Positions 29,096 through 38,458 of a DNA stretch of 46,058 bases are shown one piece after another. Position numbers and translations under genes: made by a program. The stretch lies in NCBI GenBank assembly GCA_013817375.1, contig JACDCV010000001.1:1-46058 (forward strand), written 5' to 3'. The notes below the pieces were generated by a model that searched no databases, was not told the origin of the DNA, and was given only the letters and a program-made list of their open reading frames with translations. The DNA comes from Sphingomonas sp. (GTDB lineage: Bacteria > Pseudomonadota > Alphaproteobacteria > Sphingomonadales > Sphingomonadaceae). The first letter of the stretch is position 1, and the number at the start of each line of letters is the position of its first letter.

Positions 29096-30393
29096 GCGGA
29101 GCGCATTCGCCTGTACTCACGCCAGACCTGGAGCGCGAGGACCAGGACCATCGCCGCCATTCCAATGACGAACGCGGCGGCGGCGCCGATCAGACCGAAC
29201 TCCCAGGCAAGCGGCGCAATGATCGCGAAATAGATGATGGTGCCGATGATCCGCGCGGTGAGCGGCTCCTGGTCGCGATGAAGCGCGTAGAGCATCGGCG
29301 GAAGCGGGAAGGAAATCATCGCCAGAAGCGGCGCGAACACCAGCACAACCAGCACCGGATAAGCGGGCTCGAACTGAGCGCCGAAAATGAGCCGAATCAG
29401 GGGCTCGCCGGCAAGAACCACCAGCAGCACCGCAACGCTTCCGAACATCGCGGCCAGCGCGGCGCCGCGAAGCATCAGCTTCCACGGCCGCTTGGTCTTG
29501 ACGTCCATTCGCATCACTTCGGGATAGAAAGCGCGGGAGAGGAGGTCGGTCGGCTTCTGGGCAGCGTCGGCGAGCGTCGACGCAATATTGTAAAAGCCCG
29601 CGGCTGCCGGCCCGAGGATGCCGCCGACGAGAAGCCGCGCGATCGGTCCCCAGGCCGCGGTCAGGCTGGACGTCAGATTGACCTGCACGGCAAAGCGCCA
29701 CGCGCCCTTTAGCGGGTGGGGCCGCAACGTCGGACGAAGCGCATCGACCATGTCGCGGCGCTTGAGCTCGCGGTGGGTCAGCCACCACAGGAACAGGTCG
29801 CCGCCAAGATCGGTCACATACCAGATGGCGAGGTAAGCGACGAACGGCGCATCCATCGCAAAGGCTATTCCCGCAAGGATCATCCGCGCGATCGGATAGG
29901 TCACCCCATGCCAGCTCAGCAGGTCGAACCTGTCGAGAGTCCTCAGCACTCCGCCTGGAGTCATCGCCTGCATCGTCGGGATGACGGTGCAGTAAAGCAT
30001 TGCCGCGACGATATATTCGTTGGGGATTCCGAACCAGCTGCCGACCAGCGGCAGGATCGCGATCGCGACCAGCATTCCGACGATCCCGCTGACGATGTCG
30101 AGCCCGACGGCAAAGCCGGTCGCGAGCTTGAAGTCTTCGGGCCGGCCGGCGGCGAGCCCCTGTCCGCCATAGCGAACGATCACCTGCCAGGACTGGAACT
30201 TGCTGAGGCTGCTCGCCGCCTGCGCATAGCTGTGGATCAGGATCAGCAAGCCGAACAAAGTGACGCCCAGGCCTCGGCCGGTGAAGGCGAGGGTCGCAAC
30301 CGCAGCGATTGCGGCAACAACTCGAGACGCGCCGAGATAGCTGCTGTTCTTCAGCAGCGACCGCATGTGCTGGTCTTTGAACCAATGGCGCAT
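29092..30393 (-). CDS. Wzx/MOP-family oligosaccharide flippase (YghQ-like)
   Basis: LLKNSSYL, FQSWQVIVRYG, GPAAAGFY, AFYPE and FGLIGAA; about 12 TM segments. Confidence 0.8.
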   Translation of the reverse strand: MRHWFKDQHMRSLLKNSSYLGASRVVAAIAAVATLAFTGRGLGVTLFGLLILIHSYAQAASSLSKFQSWQVIVRYGGQGLAAGRPEDFKLATGFAVGLDIVSGIVGMLVAIAILPLVGSWFGIPNEYIVAAMLYCTVIPTMQAMTPGGVLRTLDRFDLLSWHGVTYPIARMILAGIAFAMDAPFVAYLAIWYVTDLGGDLFLWWLTHRELKRRDMVDALRPTLRPHPLKGAWRFAVQVNLTSSLTAAWGPIARLLVGGILGPAAAGFYNIASTLADAAQKPTDLLSRAFYPEVMRMDVKTKRPWKLMLRGAALAAMFGSVAVLLVVLAGEPLIRLIFGAQFEPAYPVLVVLVFAPLLAMISFPLPPMLYALHRDQEPLTARIIGTIIYFAIIAPLAWEFGLIGAAAAFVIGMAAMVLVLALQVWREYRRMRSA

Positions 30394-30436
30394 GCGAAGC
30401 GCGCTTAAGCGAAACTGCGGGTCCTGTCGTTAGCGA

Positions 30437-32491
30437 CTAGGCGTCTTCGGGCACCCGTTGCTGGACGACCTTTTCGGCCATTGGTCCGTTGAGTTCGGAT
30501 AGATGGTCGAATTGGGCTTCGTAACTCGCAAGGCCCTGGCTCTGCGAACGAAGCTCGGCCTCGAGCCCACTGAGCTCGGCTTCCGGAATCACCGCGTCGA
30601 TCCGGTCCCAACCGGTCCAGCCGTCACGCGGCGCCATCCCCAGCATCTGGCCGCGCCGACTGGCGACGGTCGACGTCATCCGGCTGGTTGCGCTTGCGGG
30701 ACAGACCACCGTCACCTTGTGCATCGGCTCAAGCAAATGCGGCCCCGCGGCGGCGAGCGCTTCCGTCATCGCCAGCCGCCCGGCAAGGCGGAAGGCAAGC
30801 TCCGAGCTGTCGACACTATGATAGCTGCCATCGACCAGTGTCACCGCCACATCGACCACGGTGAAGCCAAGCGGCCCCTTGCGCATCGCTTCGCGGACAC
30901 CGTCTTCGACCGCGGGAATCCATTGCTTGGGAACCGAGCCGCCGTGGATTTTCTCCTCGAAGCGGAAGCCTTCCCCGCGGTTCAATGGCCGAACTTCTAT
31001 GACGACATCGCCGAACTGGCCGTGCCCGCCGGACTGCTTCTTGTGGCGGCCTTTCTGGGTCACCGAGCGGCGGATGGATTCGCGATAGCCAATCGTCGGA
31101 GCGCGCGACTTAACCTCAACCCCGTATCGGCGCTTCAGCCGGGCGAGGACGGTGTTGAGATGCTCGTCGTTCACTCCGTGAAGCCGCATCTCGTGGCTTT
31201 CCTCGTCCTGCTCCAGCTCGAGGGCGATATCCTCCTCCAGAAGGCGGTGAAGTGCGCCGGAAAGCTTGACGTCATCCTTGCGGTCGGCAGGCTCGATCGC
31301 GAAGGCGCAATTGCGTGGCGGCAGGGCGAGTTCGACCGGCGGCGGCGCGGTGCCGCTGCTCAGCCACTCGCCGCTTTTCACCTGATCGACCTTGGCCACT
31401 GCAACGACGTCGCCATTGCGCGCTTCGCTGACCTTTTGGGTCTTGTCGCCTTGCATCAGGAACAAGGCGCCGAGACGGGCGGTGCCGCCGCTTCCGGTCT
31501 TGAGGTCGGAGCCTTCGGCGATAGGACCGCCGAGCGCGCGGCCAAGCGCCAGCCGCCCGACCGAGCCGCCGTTGTGAATCTTGAACACATAGAGCGAGGG
31601 GTCGCTGACCCCGAGCCGGGCCGCAGAGGCCTGGGGACCCGGCGTTTCGTGGCGGAGCGCCTTGAGCAATCGCCCGATGCCCCAGCCGCTGTCTGCGGAG
31701 CCGAACAGGACTGGCACTCCAAGGCTTTCGCTGGTCTCGCGCGCAAGGTCCTGGAGGATCCTGCCCTGGTCCGGAATCTGGTCCATAAGCAGTTGCTCGA
31801 GCAGCTCGTCGTCATGATCGGCAAGCTGCTCCAGCATCTGGTTGCGCGCTTCATGCTCGCGCTGCTGGACATCGCCGGGGATGTCGATCTGCTCGGAATC
31901 CTTGCCCGGCAGATAATGGAATGCGCGTTCCAGGGCGAGATCGACGAAGCCGGTGATCCTGTCGCCCCCCGATTCCTTGGCGCGAATCGGGATCTGCCGT
32001 GCGATCAGCGGCGACACGCTGGTCGGCTGTAGCGCGGTGAGGAGGTCGCGGATTCGCCCGCGCGCCTGGTCGATCCGGTTGACGAAGATCATATGCGGGA
32101 TCCCAAGCTCGTCGAGAGTCCTTAGCGCAGGCGCTGCAAGCGGCGCTCGGGCGGCGTCGGGATCGACGACGACGATGGCGAGGTCGGCAATCGCTATTCC
32201 GCGGGCGCCGTCGGCTGCGAAGCCCACCGATCCGGGGCAGTCGATCATCGCGAAATGGTCGCCGAGATAGTCGAAATGATAGAGATTGAGCTCGGTCGAT
32301 CCACCGCGCGAGCGCGCTTCCGGGCTGCTGTCGCCGATGCTCGTTCCGTTGGCGACCGATCCGTGGCGGTCGGTCGTTCCCGCCGCGTGAATGATCGCCT
32401 CGGCAACGCTGGTCTTTCCCGCGCCGGCCGGTCCGACCAGCGCGATTACTCGAGTGCCGTTGGTTTTACCGCCATTCGAAGTCTCGGGCAT
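30437..32491 (-). CDS. Elongation factor G-like protein (EF-G2)
   Basis: GPAGAGKTS, DCPG, NRID, YRESI, HKKQSGGHGQFG, DGSYHSVDSSELAF and LLEP. Stand-alone gene outside the str operon. Confidence 0.92.
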   Translation of the reverse strand: MPETSNGGKTNGTRVIALVGPAGAGKTSVAEAIIHAAGTTDRHGSVANGTSIGDSSPEARSRGGSTELNLYHFDYLGDHFAMIDCPGSVGFAADGARGIAIADLAIVVVDPDAARAPLAAPALRTLDELGIPHMIFVNRIDQARGRIRDLLTALQPTSVSPLIARQIPIRAKESGGDRITGFVDLALERAFHYLPGKDSEQIDIPGDVQQREHEARNQMLEQLADHDDELLEQLLMDQIPDQGRILQDLARETSESLGVPVLFGSADSGWGIGRLLKALRHETPGPQASAARLGVSDPSLYVFKIHNGGSVGRLALGRALGGPIAEGSDLKTGSGGTARLGALFLMQGDKTQKVSEARNGDVVAVAKVDQVKSGEWLSSGTAPPPVELALPPRNCAFAIEPADRKDDVKLSGALHRLLEEDIALELEQDEESHEMRLHGVNDEHLNTVLARLKRRYGVEVKSRAPTIGYRESIRRSVTQKGRHKKQSGGHGQFGDVVIEVRPLNRGEGFRFEEKIHGGSVPKQWIPAVEDGVREAMRKGPLGFTVVDVAVTLVDGSYHSVDSSELAFRLAGRLAMTEALAAAGPHLLEPMHKVTVVCPASATSRMTSTVASRRGQMLGMAPRDGWTGWDRIDAVIPEAELSGLEAELRSQSQGLASYEAQFDHLSELNGPMAEKVVQQRVPEDA

Positions 32492-32643
32492 GCAACTCTC
32501 CTCTCGTCCGCTTCAGCGGGCGCGCGAGTCGCGTTCAAAGGCGCGGTCAAGCGCACCGAAGGCTGACACGCTCGGACTCTTTTTCGGGCTTGGCAAGAGC
32601 CACCCCAGCGGAACGCGACACGGGTTCCTGCGCTATTCGGTGC

Positions 32644-33930
32644 ATGGACGCAGCAACACGCCGAACGACCGATCCGCAACCCGACAACCGCGGGCACCAG
32701 GCCGACTCGCCATGGCAATTGCCGCTCTCCGGGTGGAAGGACGTAGCGGTTCGCACCTGGCACCAATCGTCGAAGGACAATGTCAGCATCGTTGCCGCCG
32801 GGGTCGCCTTCTACGGCTTCCTGGCGATGGTGCCGATGCTTGCCGCGATCATCCTCACTTATGGGCTCGTCGCCGACCCGCAAACCGTCGTCCGCCATGC
32901 AGGCGACCTGACGAACGTCCTTCCGCAAAGCGTCGCCGGGCTCGTCGGCGACCAGATGCTCAATGTCGTCGAGACCAGCGAGGGCAAGAAGGGGCTGGGC
33001 CTGGCCGCAGCAATCGCGATCGCCTTCTGGGGCGCGCGCAACGCTGCCACGTCGATCATCACCGCGCTCAACATCGCTTATGAGGAAGAGGAGAAGAGGA
33101 GCTTCGTTCGAGTGACCTTGCTGGCGCTTGCCATGACCCTTGGAGCGGTGGTGATGGCGCTGTTCGCGGGAGCCGCGATTGCCTTGATGGCCGCGCTGGA
33201 GGCGATGCTTCCGGGGCTCGGCGGCGCCGGCGTGGTGATAGGGAAGGCGCTCACCTATCTCTTGCTTGGCGCAATCGCCGCTGGCGCCGCTGCGACCATG
33301 TTCCGTTACGCCCCTTCGAGAGACAAGGCCGAATGGTCGTGGCTCACACCAGGTACCTTGTTCTTCGCCGGCTTCTGGATCGTTCTGACTCTGGCCTTCG
33401 GATTCTACGTGTCGCAGTTCGGCAGTTACGGTGCCACCTACGGCTCGCTGAGCGCGGTCGTCGTCTTGCTCACCTGGCTGTATTTGTCGAGCTACGTGCT
33501 TCTGCTCGGGGCGGAGCTCAATTCCGAACTCGAGCACCAGAGAGCGAAGGACACGACGTCGGGGCAGGACCGGCCGATGGGCGAGCGGGGCGCCTGGGCG
33601 GCCGACACCGTCGCGGGAAGTGGGGGCAAGGGCGACCCCGAGCCCCAACTCGCCCGCTCCGTGCACCCCAACACTGGGTCTCAACCGGCGCAGCATCCGC
33701 TGGAAAGCGCTTCGCCGGATCAGGAGGCGGGAGGGCAGGGCCACCCCTACATCGCTTCGCGGGTCACTGCCCGCGCCGCGCAGGCTGGTGGCCTCGCGAA
33801 GGTCGGGATGATTTCGTCGGTGCTCGCGACTGTTGGTCTCGCGAAGCTCAGGCGCCGCGGCTCGCAAGCGACTGGCGCCGCTCTTCTCCTCTTGGCGGCG
33901 GGCTTGTCGCTGTCGAGGCGCGAGGATTGA
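32644..33930 (+). CDS. YihY/virulence factor BrkB-family membrane protein with C-terminal extension
   Basis: AAGVAFY, ALNIAYEEEE, YGATYGSL and LGAELNSELE. Confidence 0.9.
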   Translation: MDAATRRTTDPQPDNRGHQADSPWQLPLSGWKDVAVRTWHQSSKDNVSIVAAGVAFYGFLAMVPMLAAIILTYGLVADPQTVVRHAGDLTNVLPQSVAGLVGDQMLNVVETSEGKKGLGLAAAIAIAFWGARNAATSIITALNIAYEEEEKRSFVRVTLLALAMTLGAVVMALFAGAAIALMAALEAMLPGLGGAGVVIGKALTYLLLGAIAAGAAATMFRYAPSRDKAEWSWLTPGTLFFAGFWIVLTLAFGFYVSQFGSYGATYGSLSAVVVLLTWLYLSSYVLLLGAELNSELEHQRAKDTTSGQDRPMGERGAWAADTVAGSGGKGDPEPQLARSVHPNTGSQPAQHPLESASPDQEAGGQGHPYIASRVTARAAQAGGLAKVGMISSVLATVGLAKLRRRGSQATGAALLLLAAGLSLSRRED

Positions 33931-33934
33931 CGCG

Positions 33935-34960
33935 ATGACCCGTGGCCGCCGCGGTCATTTAGCCGACTCGCCGCTCGAAATCCCTCCGCGCGCCTGGTCG
34001 GACATTGCCGTTCGAACATGGACCCGCACCTGGCAGGACAATGTTGGGCTCGTCGCTGCGGGAGTGACCTATTACGGCTTTCTGGCGCTCGTCCCGATGC
34101 TCGGAATCACGGTCATGGTCTACGGGCTGTTCGCCGAGCCTGCGACGGTGGTCAGCAACGTCCGGGCGGTCACGACCGTCCTGCCGCCCGACGTCGCGGT
34201 TTTCATCGCCGATCAGCTCATCGCTGCGGTGCGGACGACCCGGGAGACGAAAGGGCTGGGGATCGGGGTTGCCCTGCTGGTGGCGCTTTACGGCGGCACC
34301 AACGGCGCCGGGGCGATCATCATCGCGCTCAACATCGCTTATGAGGAGAAGGAAAAAAGGTCGCTGGCCCGCTTCTATTTGCTGGCGGTAATGATGACGG
34401 TCGCCGCGGTATTCATCGCCGTCGGTGCGTTGGTGGCGACCACCACACTTGCATTGCTTGGCGACTTTGCCCCGGGCGCGTCCCCCTTGCTTGTCATCGC
34501 CGGGAAGCTCGCTGGCTATTGCCTACTGACCCTGGCCGCTTCGCTAGTCGCGGCGACTCTTTATCGCTTCGCTCCGTCGCGCGAGGAAGCACGCTGGCGC
34601 TGGATCACTCCGGGTTCGCTGTTCGCAGCCATCACTTGGCTGCTTCTGAGCCTGCTGTTCAGCTTCTACGTGACCAGGGTCACCAACTATAATGCGACCT
34701 ACGGCTCGCTCGGCACCATCATACTTTTGCTGACCTGGATATATCTGTCGGCCTACGCCCTCATCTTCGGCGCCGAGCTCAACAGCGAGATCGAGCACCA
34801 GACGGCGAAGGACAGCACCACCGGCCCGTCCGAGCCGATGGGCATGCGCGGCGCCTGGGCCGCCGACCATGTCGCGAAGGACGATGAGCCGAACAGGAGC
34901 GATGCGCCGTCAATGGCCGAAGCCAGCCCCGACGCTCCAAGCAGCAGGGACCGCCGCTAG
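33935..34960 (+). CDS. YihY/virulence factor BrkB-family membrane protein (tandem paralog)
   Basis: AAGVTYY, ALNIAYEEKE, YNATYGSL and FGAELNSEIE. Confidence 0.9.
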   Translation: MTRGRRGHLADSPLEIPPRAWSDIAVRTWTRTWQDNVGLVAAGVTYYGFLALVPMLGITVMVYGLFAEPATVVSNVRAVTTVLPPDVAVFIADQLIAAVRTTRETKGLGIGVALLVALYGGTNGAGAIIIALNIAYEEKEKRSLARFYLLAVMMTVAAVFIAVGALVATTTLALLGDFAPGASPLLVIAGKLAGYCLLTLAASLVAATLYRFAPSREEARWRWITPGSLFAAITWLLLSLLFSFYVTRVTNYNATYGSLGTIILLLTWIYLSAYALIFGAELNSEIEHQTAKDSTTGPSEPMGMRGAWAADHVAKDDEPNRSDAPSMAEASPDAPSSRDRR

Positions 34961-34972
34961 TTGCTAGCTAGA

Positions 34973-34991
34973 CGGCAGCAGAACGCTGCCG
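34973..34991. terminator. Hairpin between the convergent yihY and rpoH genes
   Basis: CGGCAGC-agaac-GCTGCCG forms a 7-bp stem; no clear U-tract. Confidence 0.35.
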
Positions 34992-34999
34992 CCGAGCCG

Positions 35000-35908
35000 C
35001 TATGCGGCTGGCAGCAGCTTTTTCTCGCCCGCGAGCTTGATTAGTCCCGCCTGAAGCTTCTCGAACGCGCGCACCTCGATCTGGCGGATCCGCTCGCGGC
35101 TGACTCCATAGACCTGGCTCAGTTCCTCCAGAGTCTTGGGGTCGTCGCTAAGCCTTCGCTCGGTCAGGATGTGCCGCTCGCGGTCGTTGAGGCCCTGCAT
35201 CGAGTCCATCAGAAGCTCGTGGCGGACTCGCTTTTCCTCGTCCTCGGCGATCAGCTCGTCCTGGAGCGGACCGGTATCGACCAAAAAGTCCTGCCACTGG
35301 CTTTCGCCGCCCTCGTCGCCCTTGAGGCTGACGTTGAGCGAGGTATCGCCGCCCATCGCCATCCGGCGGTTCATCGAGGTCACTTCAGCCTCGGTGACTC
35401 CAAGGTCCTTGGCGATCTTGGCAAGGTCGGCGGGCTTGAGGTCGCCGTCCTCGAACGCGTTGATCTGGTTCTTCATCCGGCGAAGGTTGAAGAACAATTT
35501 CTTCTGCGCCGCCGTAGTGCCCATTTTGACGAGGCTCCACGAGCGCAGGATGAACTCCTGGATCGAGGCGCGAATCCACCACATCGCGTAGGTCGCGAGG
35601 CGAAATCCGCGGTCCGGCTCGAACTTCTTGACGCCTTGCATGAGGCCGATGTTGCCCTCGGAGATCAGCTCGCTGACAGGAAGGCCATAGCCGCGGTAGC
35701 CCATGGCAATCTTCGCAACGAGGCGAAGGTGCGAGTTCACAAGCTTGGCGGCCGCATCGGTGTCGCCATGCTCCGTCCAGCGCTTGGCAAGCATATATTC
35801 TTCCTCGGGCGCGAGGATCGGAAACTTCTTGATCTCCGCCAGATAGCGGTTGAGGCCAGCTTCCCCGCCCGATGCGGGGATCGAGACGACCCCACCTTTG
35901 CCTGCCAT
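35000..35908 (-). CDS. rpoH: RNA polymerase heat-shock sigma factor RpoH
   Basis: SHLRLV..IA.GYRGYGL, YAMWWIRA, RpoH box QKKLFFNLR and VSRERIRQIE. AAGGAGG RBS. Confidence 0.97.
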   Translation of the reverse strand: MAGKGGVVSIPASGGEAGLNRYLAEIKKFPILAPEEEYMLAKRWTEHGDTDAAAKLVNSHLRLVAKIAMGYRGYGLPVSELISEGNIGLMQGVKKFEPDRGFRLATYAMWWIRASIQEFILRSWSLVKMGTTAAQKKLFFNLRRMKNQINAFEDGDLKPADLAKIAKDLGVTEAEVTSMNRRMAMGGDTSLNVSLKGDEGGESQWQDFLVDTGPLQDELIAEDEEKRVRHELLMDSMQGLNDRERHILTERRLSDDPKTLEELSQVYGVSRERIRQIEVRAFEKLQAGLIKLAGEKKLLPAA

Positions 35909-35962
35909 TCTTCAGTCCTCCTTGGGCGTAGGCGCATCAAGAGGCGCCCCGGCCTTCAATAT

Positions 35963-36913
35963 CTATACACGAAGTGCAGTGAACAGTTCCTGCATGTCAG
36001 GCGGCATGCCACTTGAGAACGACAGATGGTGCTTCGTTACGGGGTGGGTAAAACCCAGGGCCGCCGCATGTAAAGCCTGCCGTTGAAACCCGAGTGATTT
36101 CAACAAGTCGCGGTGGCGCTTGCCGCTGCCGCCATAGACCGGGTCGCCCAAAAGGGCGTGTCCGATCGACGCCATGTGCACCCGGACCTGGTGAGTCCGC
36201 CCTGTTTCCAGAGCGCATTCGATAAGAGCCGCCTCATCGAGCAAGTCGAGTCGCTTCCAGTGAGTGACCGCGCGTTTCCCCCGTCCGCCTTCGACAATGG
36301 CGATCTTCTTTCGGTTCGCCGACGAGCGGGCGAGCGGCGCGTCGACAATACCCTTGATGCTCCTCGGGACGCCCGAGACGATTGCGAGGTAGCGCCGGTC
36401 GATCGAATGCGCTGCAAATTGCCTGGAAAGGCCCTCGTGGGCGACGTCGGTCTTGGCCACCGCCAGAAGCCCCGACGTGTCCTTGTCGATCCGGTGGACG
36501 ATCCCCGGCCGGGCGACCCCGCCGATTCCCGAAAGCGAGCTGCCGCAATGGTGGAGAAGAGCGTTGACCAGGGTCCCGTCGCGGTTTCCCGCCGCCGGGT
36601 GGACAACCATTCCCGCCGGCTTATCGACGACAAGCAAATGCGGGTCTTCGAAAATGATCTTCAGCGGGATGTCCTGGGGCGCGTTGTGGGTCGGAGCCGC
36701 TTGCGGAACCTCAAGCCGGAACAGCTCGTCGCCGCGAACCTTCACGGCGGGGTCGCGATATGCGGAACCGCCGGCGGTCAGCGATCCCGAGAGGATCAAA
36801 GCTTTCAGCCGTTCGCGCGACATTTCCGGGATCGAAGCGGCGAGCGCACGGTCGAGCCGCCAGCCAGCCTGTGCCGGCCCAAGCCTCACCTCGATCGTCT
36901 GAACGCCCCCCAC
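35963..36913 (-). CDS. rluD: RluA/RluD-family 23S rRNA pseudouridine synthase
   Basis: S4-like RLDRAL, DKPAGMVVHP, HRIDKDTSG, TGRTHQVRVH and QALHA. Upstream of rpoH. GTG 36913 chosen as start. Confidence 0.9.
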   Translation of the reverse strand: MGGVQTIEVRLGPAQAGWRLDRALAASIPEMSRERLKALILSGSLTAGGSAYRDPAVKVRGDELFRLEVPQAAPTHNAPQDIPLKIIFEDPHLLVVDKPAGMVVHPAAGNRDGTLVNALLHHCGSSLSGIGGVARPGIVHRIDKDTSGLLAVAKTDVAHEGLSRQFAAHSIDRRYLAIVSGVPRSIKGIVDAPLARSSANRKKIAIVEGGRGKRAVTHWKRLDLLDEAALIECALETGRTHQVRVHMASIGHALLGDPVYGGSGKRHRDLLKSLGFQRQALHAAALGFTHPVTKHHLSFSSGMPPDMQELFTALRV

Positions 36914-36996
36914 GAAGCTGATATTGTGCCGCCGCAATGGAGGTTCAAGCGGGACTGCCTTGCGCCGAAGCGGCGACTGGCCCATTCAGCCGCGCG

Positions 36997-37629
36997 ATGA
37001 AGTCCATCGACCTTGCAAGCCTGCTCTGCTCCCGCCTCTGCCACGACCTCATGTCGCCCGTGGGGGCGCTGAACAACGGCATTGAGCTGCTCGCCGACGA
37101 ACAGGACCCGGACATGCGCGACAGGTGCATGGAGCTATTGTCCGACAGCGCCCGGGTGACCGCCAGCAAGCTCAAGTTCTTCCGGCTTGCATTCGGCGCT
37201 GCCGGCGGCTTTGGCGACCAGGTCGCCAGCAGCGAGGCTAAAAATGCGCTCGAAGGGTTGCTCGGGGCGGACGGCAAGATCGCGCTCGGCTGGATGGTTG
37301 AGAGCGAGATGTTGTCGAAGGGCGCTACCAAGCTGCTCCTGAACCTGGCGCTGATCGCCGGGGATGCGCTGGTCCGCGGCGGCCGCCTCGATATCGGAGC
37401 CGAAAGCGGGAACGGCACCGAAATCGCGATCCGTGCGGAAGGGCCCCGGATCGCTCTCGATTCCGGCATACGGGACACATTGCTCAACGGCGCCGAAGAG
37501 AATGTGGAGGCGCGCACCGCCGGAGCCTGGCTCGCCTACAGCCTTGCGAAGGAAGCTGGCGGGTCGGTCCAGCTGTCGCAGCCGTCGCCCGAGGTGCTGG
37601 TCATCGGAGCGGCGCTCCCGGAGGGATAA
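36997..37629 (+). CDS. chpT: Histidine phosphotransferase ChpT
   Basis: LLCSRLCHDLMSPVGALNNGIELL, KFFRLAFGAAG, KLLLNL and RGG. Confidence 0.93.
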   Translation: MKSIDLASLLCSRLCHDLMSPVGALNNGIELLADEQDPDMRDRCMELLSDSARVTASKLKFFRLAFGAAGGFGDQVASSEAKNALEGLLGADGKIALGWMVESEMLSKGATKLLLNLALIAGDALVRGGRLDIGAESGNGTEIAIRAEGPRIALDSGIRDTLLNGAEENVEARTAGAWLAYSLAKEAGGSVQLSQPSPEVLVIGAALPEG

Positions 37630-37660
37630 GGGACCGAGACGGATATCGTAGCGCCGGCAG

Positions 37661-38269
37661 TCAGCTTCTGATCGCTCGTGGCTTACCCTGCGGTTCGCCG
37701 CCCGTGTCCGCGCCCGGCCTGCTCGCCCGCACCGAACGATCCATGAAGTCGAGCACCATCTCCGTCACGACTCCATAGACCAGATGGGAGACGAGCCCGC
37801 GCGCATGCGCTTGCCAGGGATAGTCCTGCGGCTTGGCTCCCAGACCGGTCGCGGCATTGACGCCTTCGTCCTGGATGAGGAAGAGGCCGAGGCCAAAAAG
37901 AGCGCCGCGCACCGGACCATGGCCGGGCAGCTTGTCTCTCAGGATCGAGTAAACGATCGCGGGACCGATGCCGATTCCATAGTGGACTGCAACTCCGGCG
38001 ATCTCGTGCTGCTCGGGCGTCGGGTTCAGGCCGAACATCTGTTCCACCTTGCTGACAAGGGCATGTGCAGGCGGCTCCCCGTTCGGGCGAACGGCGTTGG
38101 TCTGCAGCCTCGCATCCTCGCTTTCGTTCTTCCACATCGCCCAGTCGGCCCGGTCGAGCGCCCAGGTGCCAACCGCACCCGCGGCTGCGCCGATGAGCGC
38201 TTTGGAGACGATCCCATACCCCTCTCCGGGTTCGGTCTCGTTCGTTGCGCGGTCAAGAACGTCCTGCAT
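37661..38269 (-). CDS. DUF1440-like membrane protein
   Basis: GAAAGAVGTW, VHYGIG, G.LFG.GLF.I.DE and SHLVYG. GGAGG RBS before ATG 38269. Confidence 0.7.
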   Translation of the reverse strand: MQDVLDRATNETEPGEGYGIVSKALIGAAAGAVGTWALDRADWAMWKNESEDARLQTNAVRPNGEPPAHALVSKVEQMFGLNPTPEQHEIAGVAVHYGIGIGPAIVYSILRDKLPGHGPVRGALFGLGLFLIQDEGVNAATGLGAKPQDYPWQAHARGLVSHLVYGVVTEMVLDFMDRSVRASRPGADTGGEPQGKPRAIRS

Positions 38270-38458
38270 CCTGTCTTCCTCCAGCCTGTTGCTTGATGAG
38301 TGAACACTGTGCCGTTTGGCTGGTTGCGCGCTAAAGCGCCGCCCGCCACCGGCTGTGCCCAAAACAGGACCGGCGCCAATGCCATCGTCATGGAGCGTGG
38401 AGCCAAGGAGCGCTCCTCGTCGTTAGGTCACATAAGCCAAGAGAAAGAGAGCAGAGGG

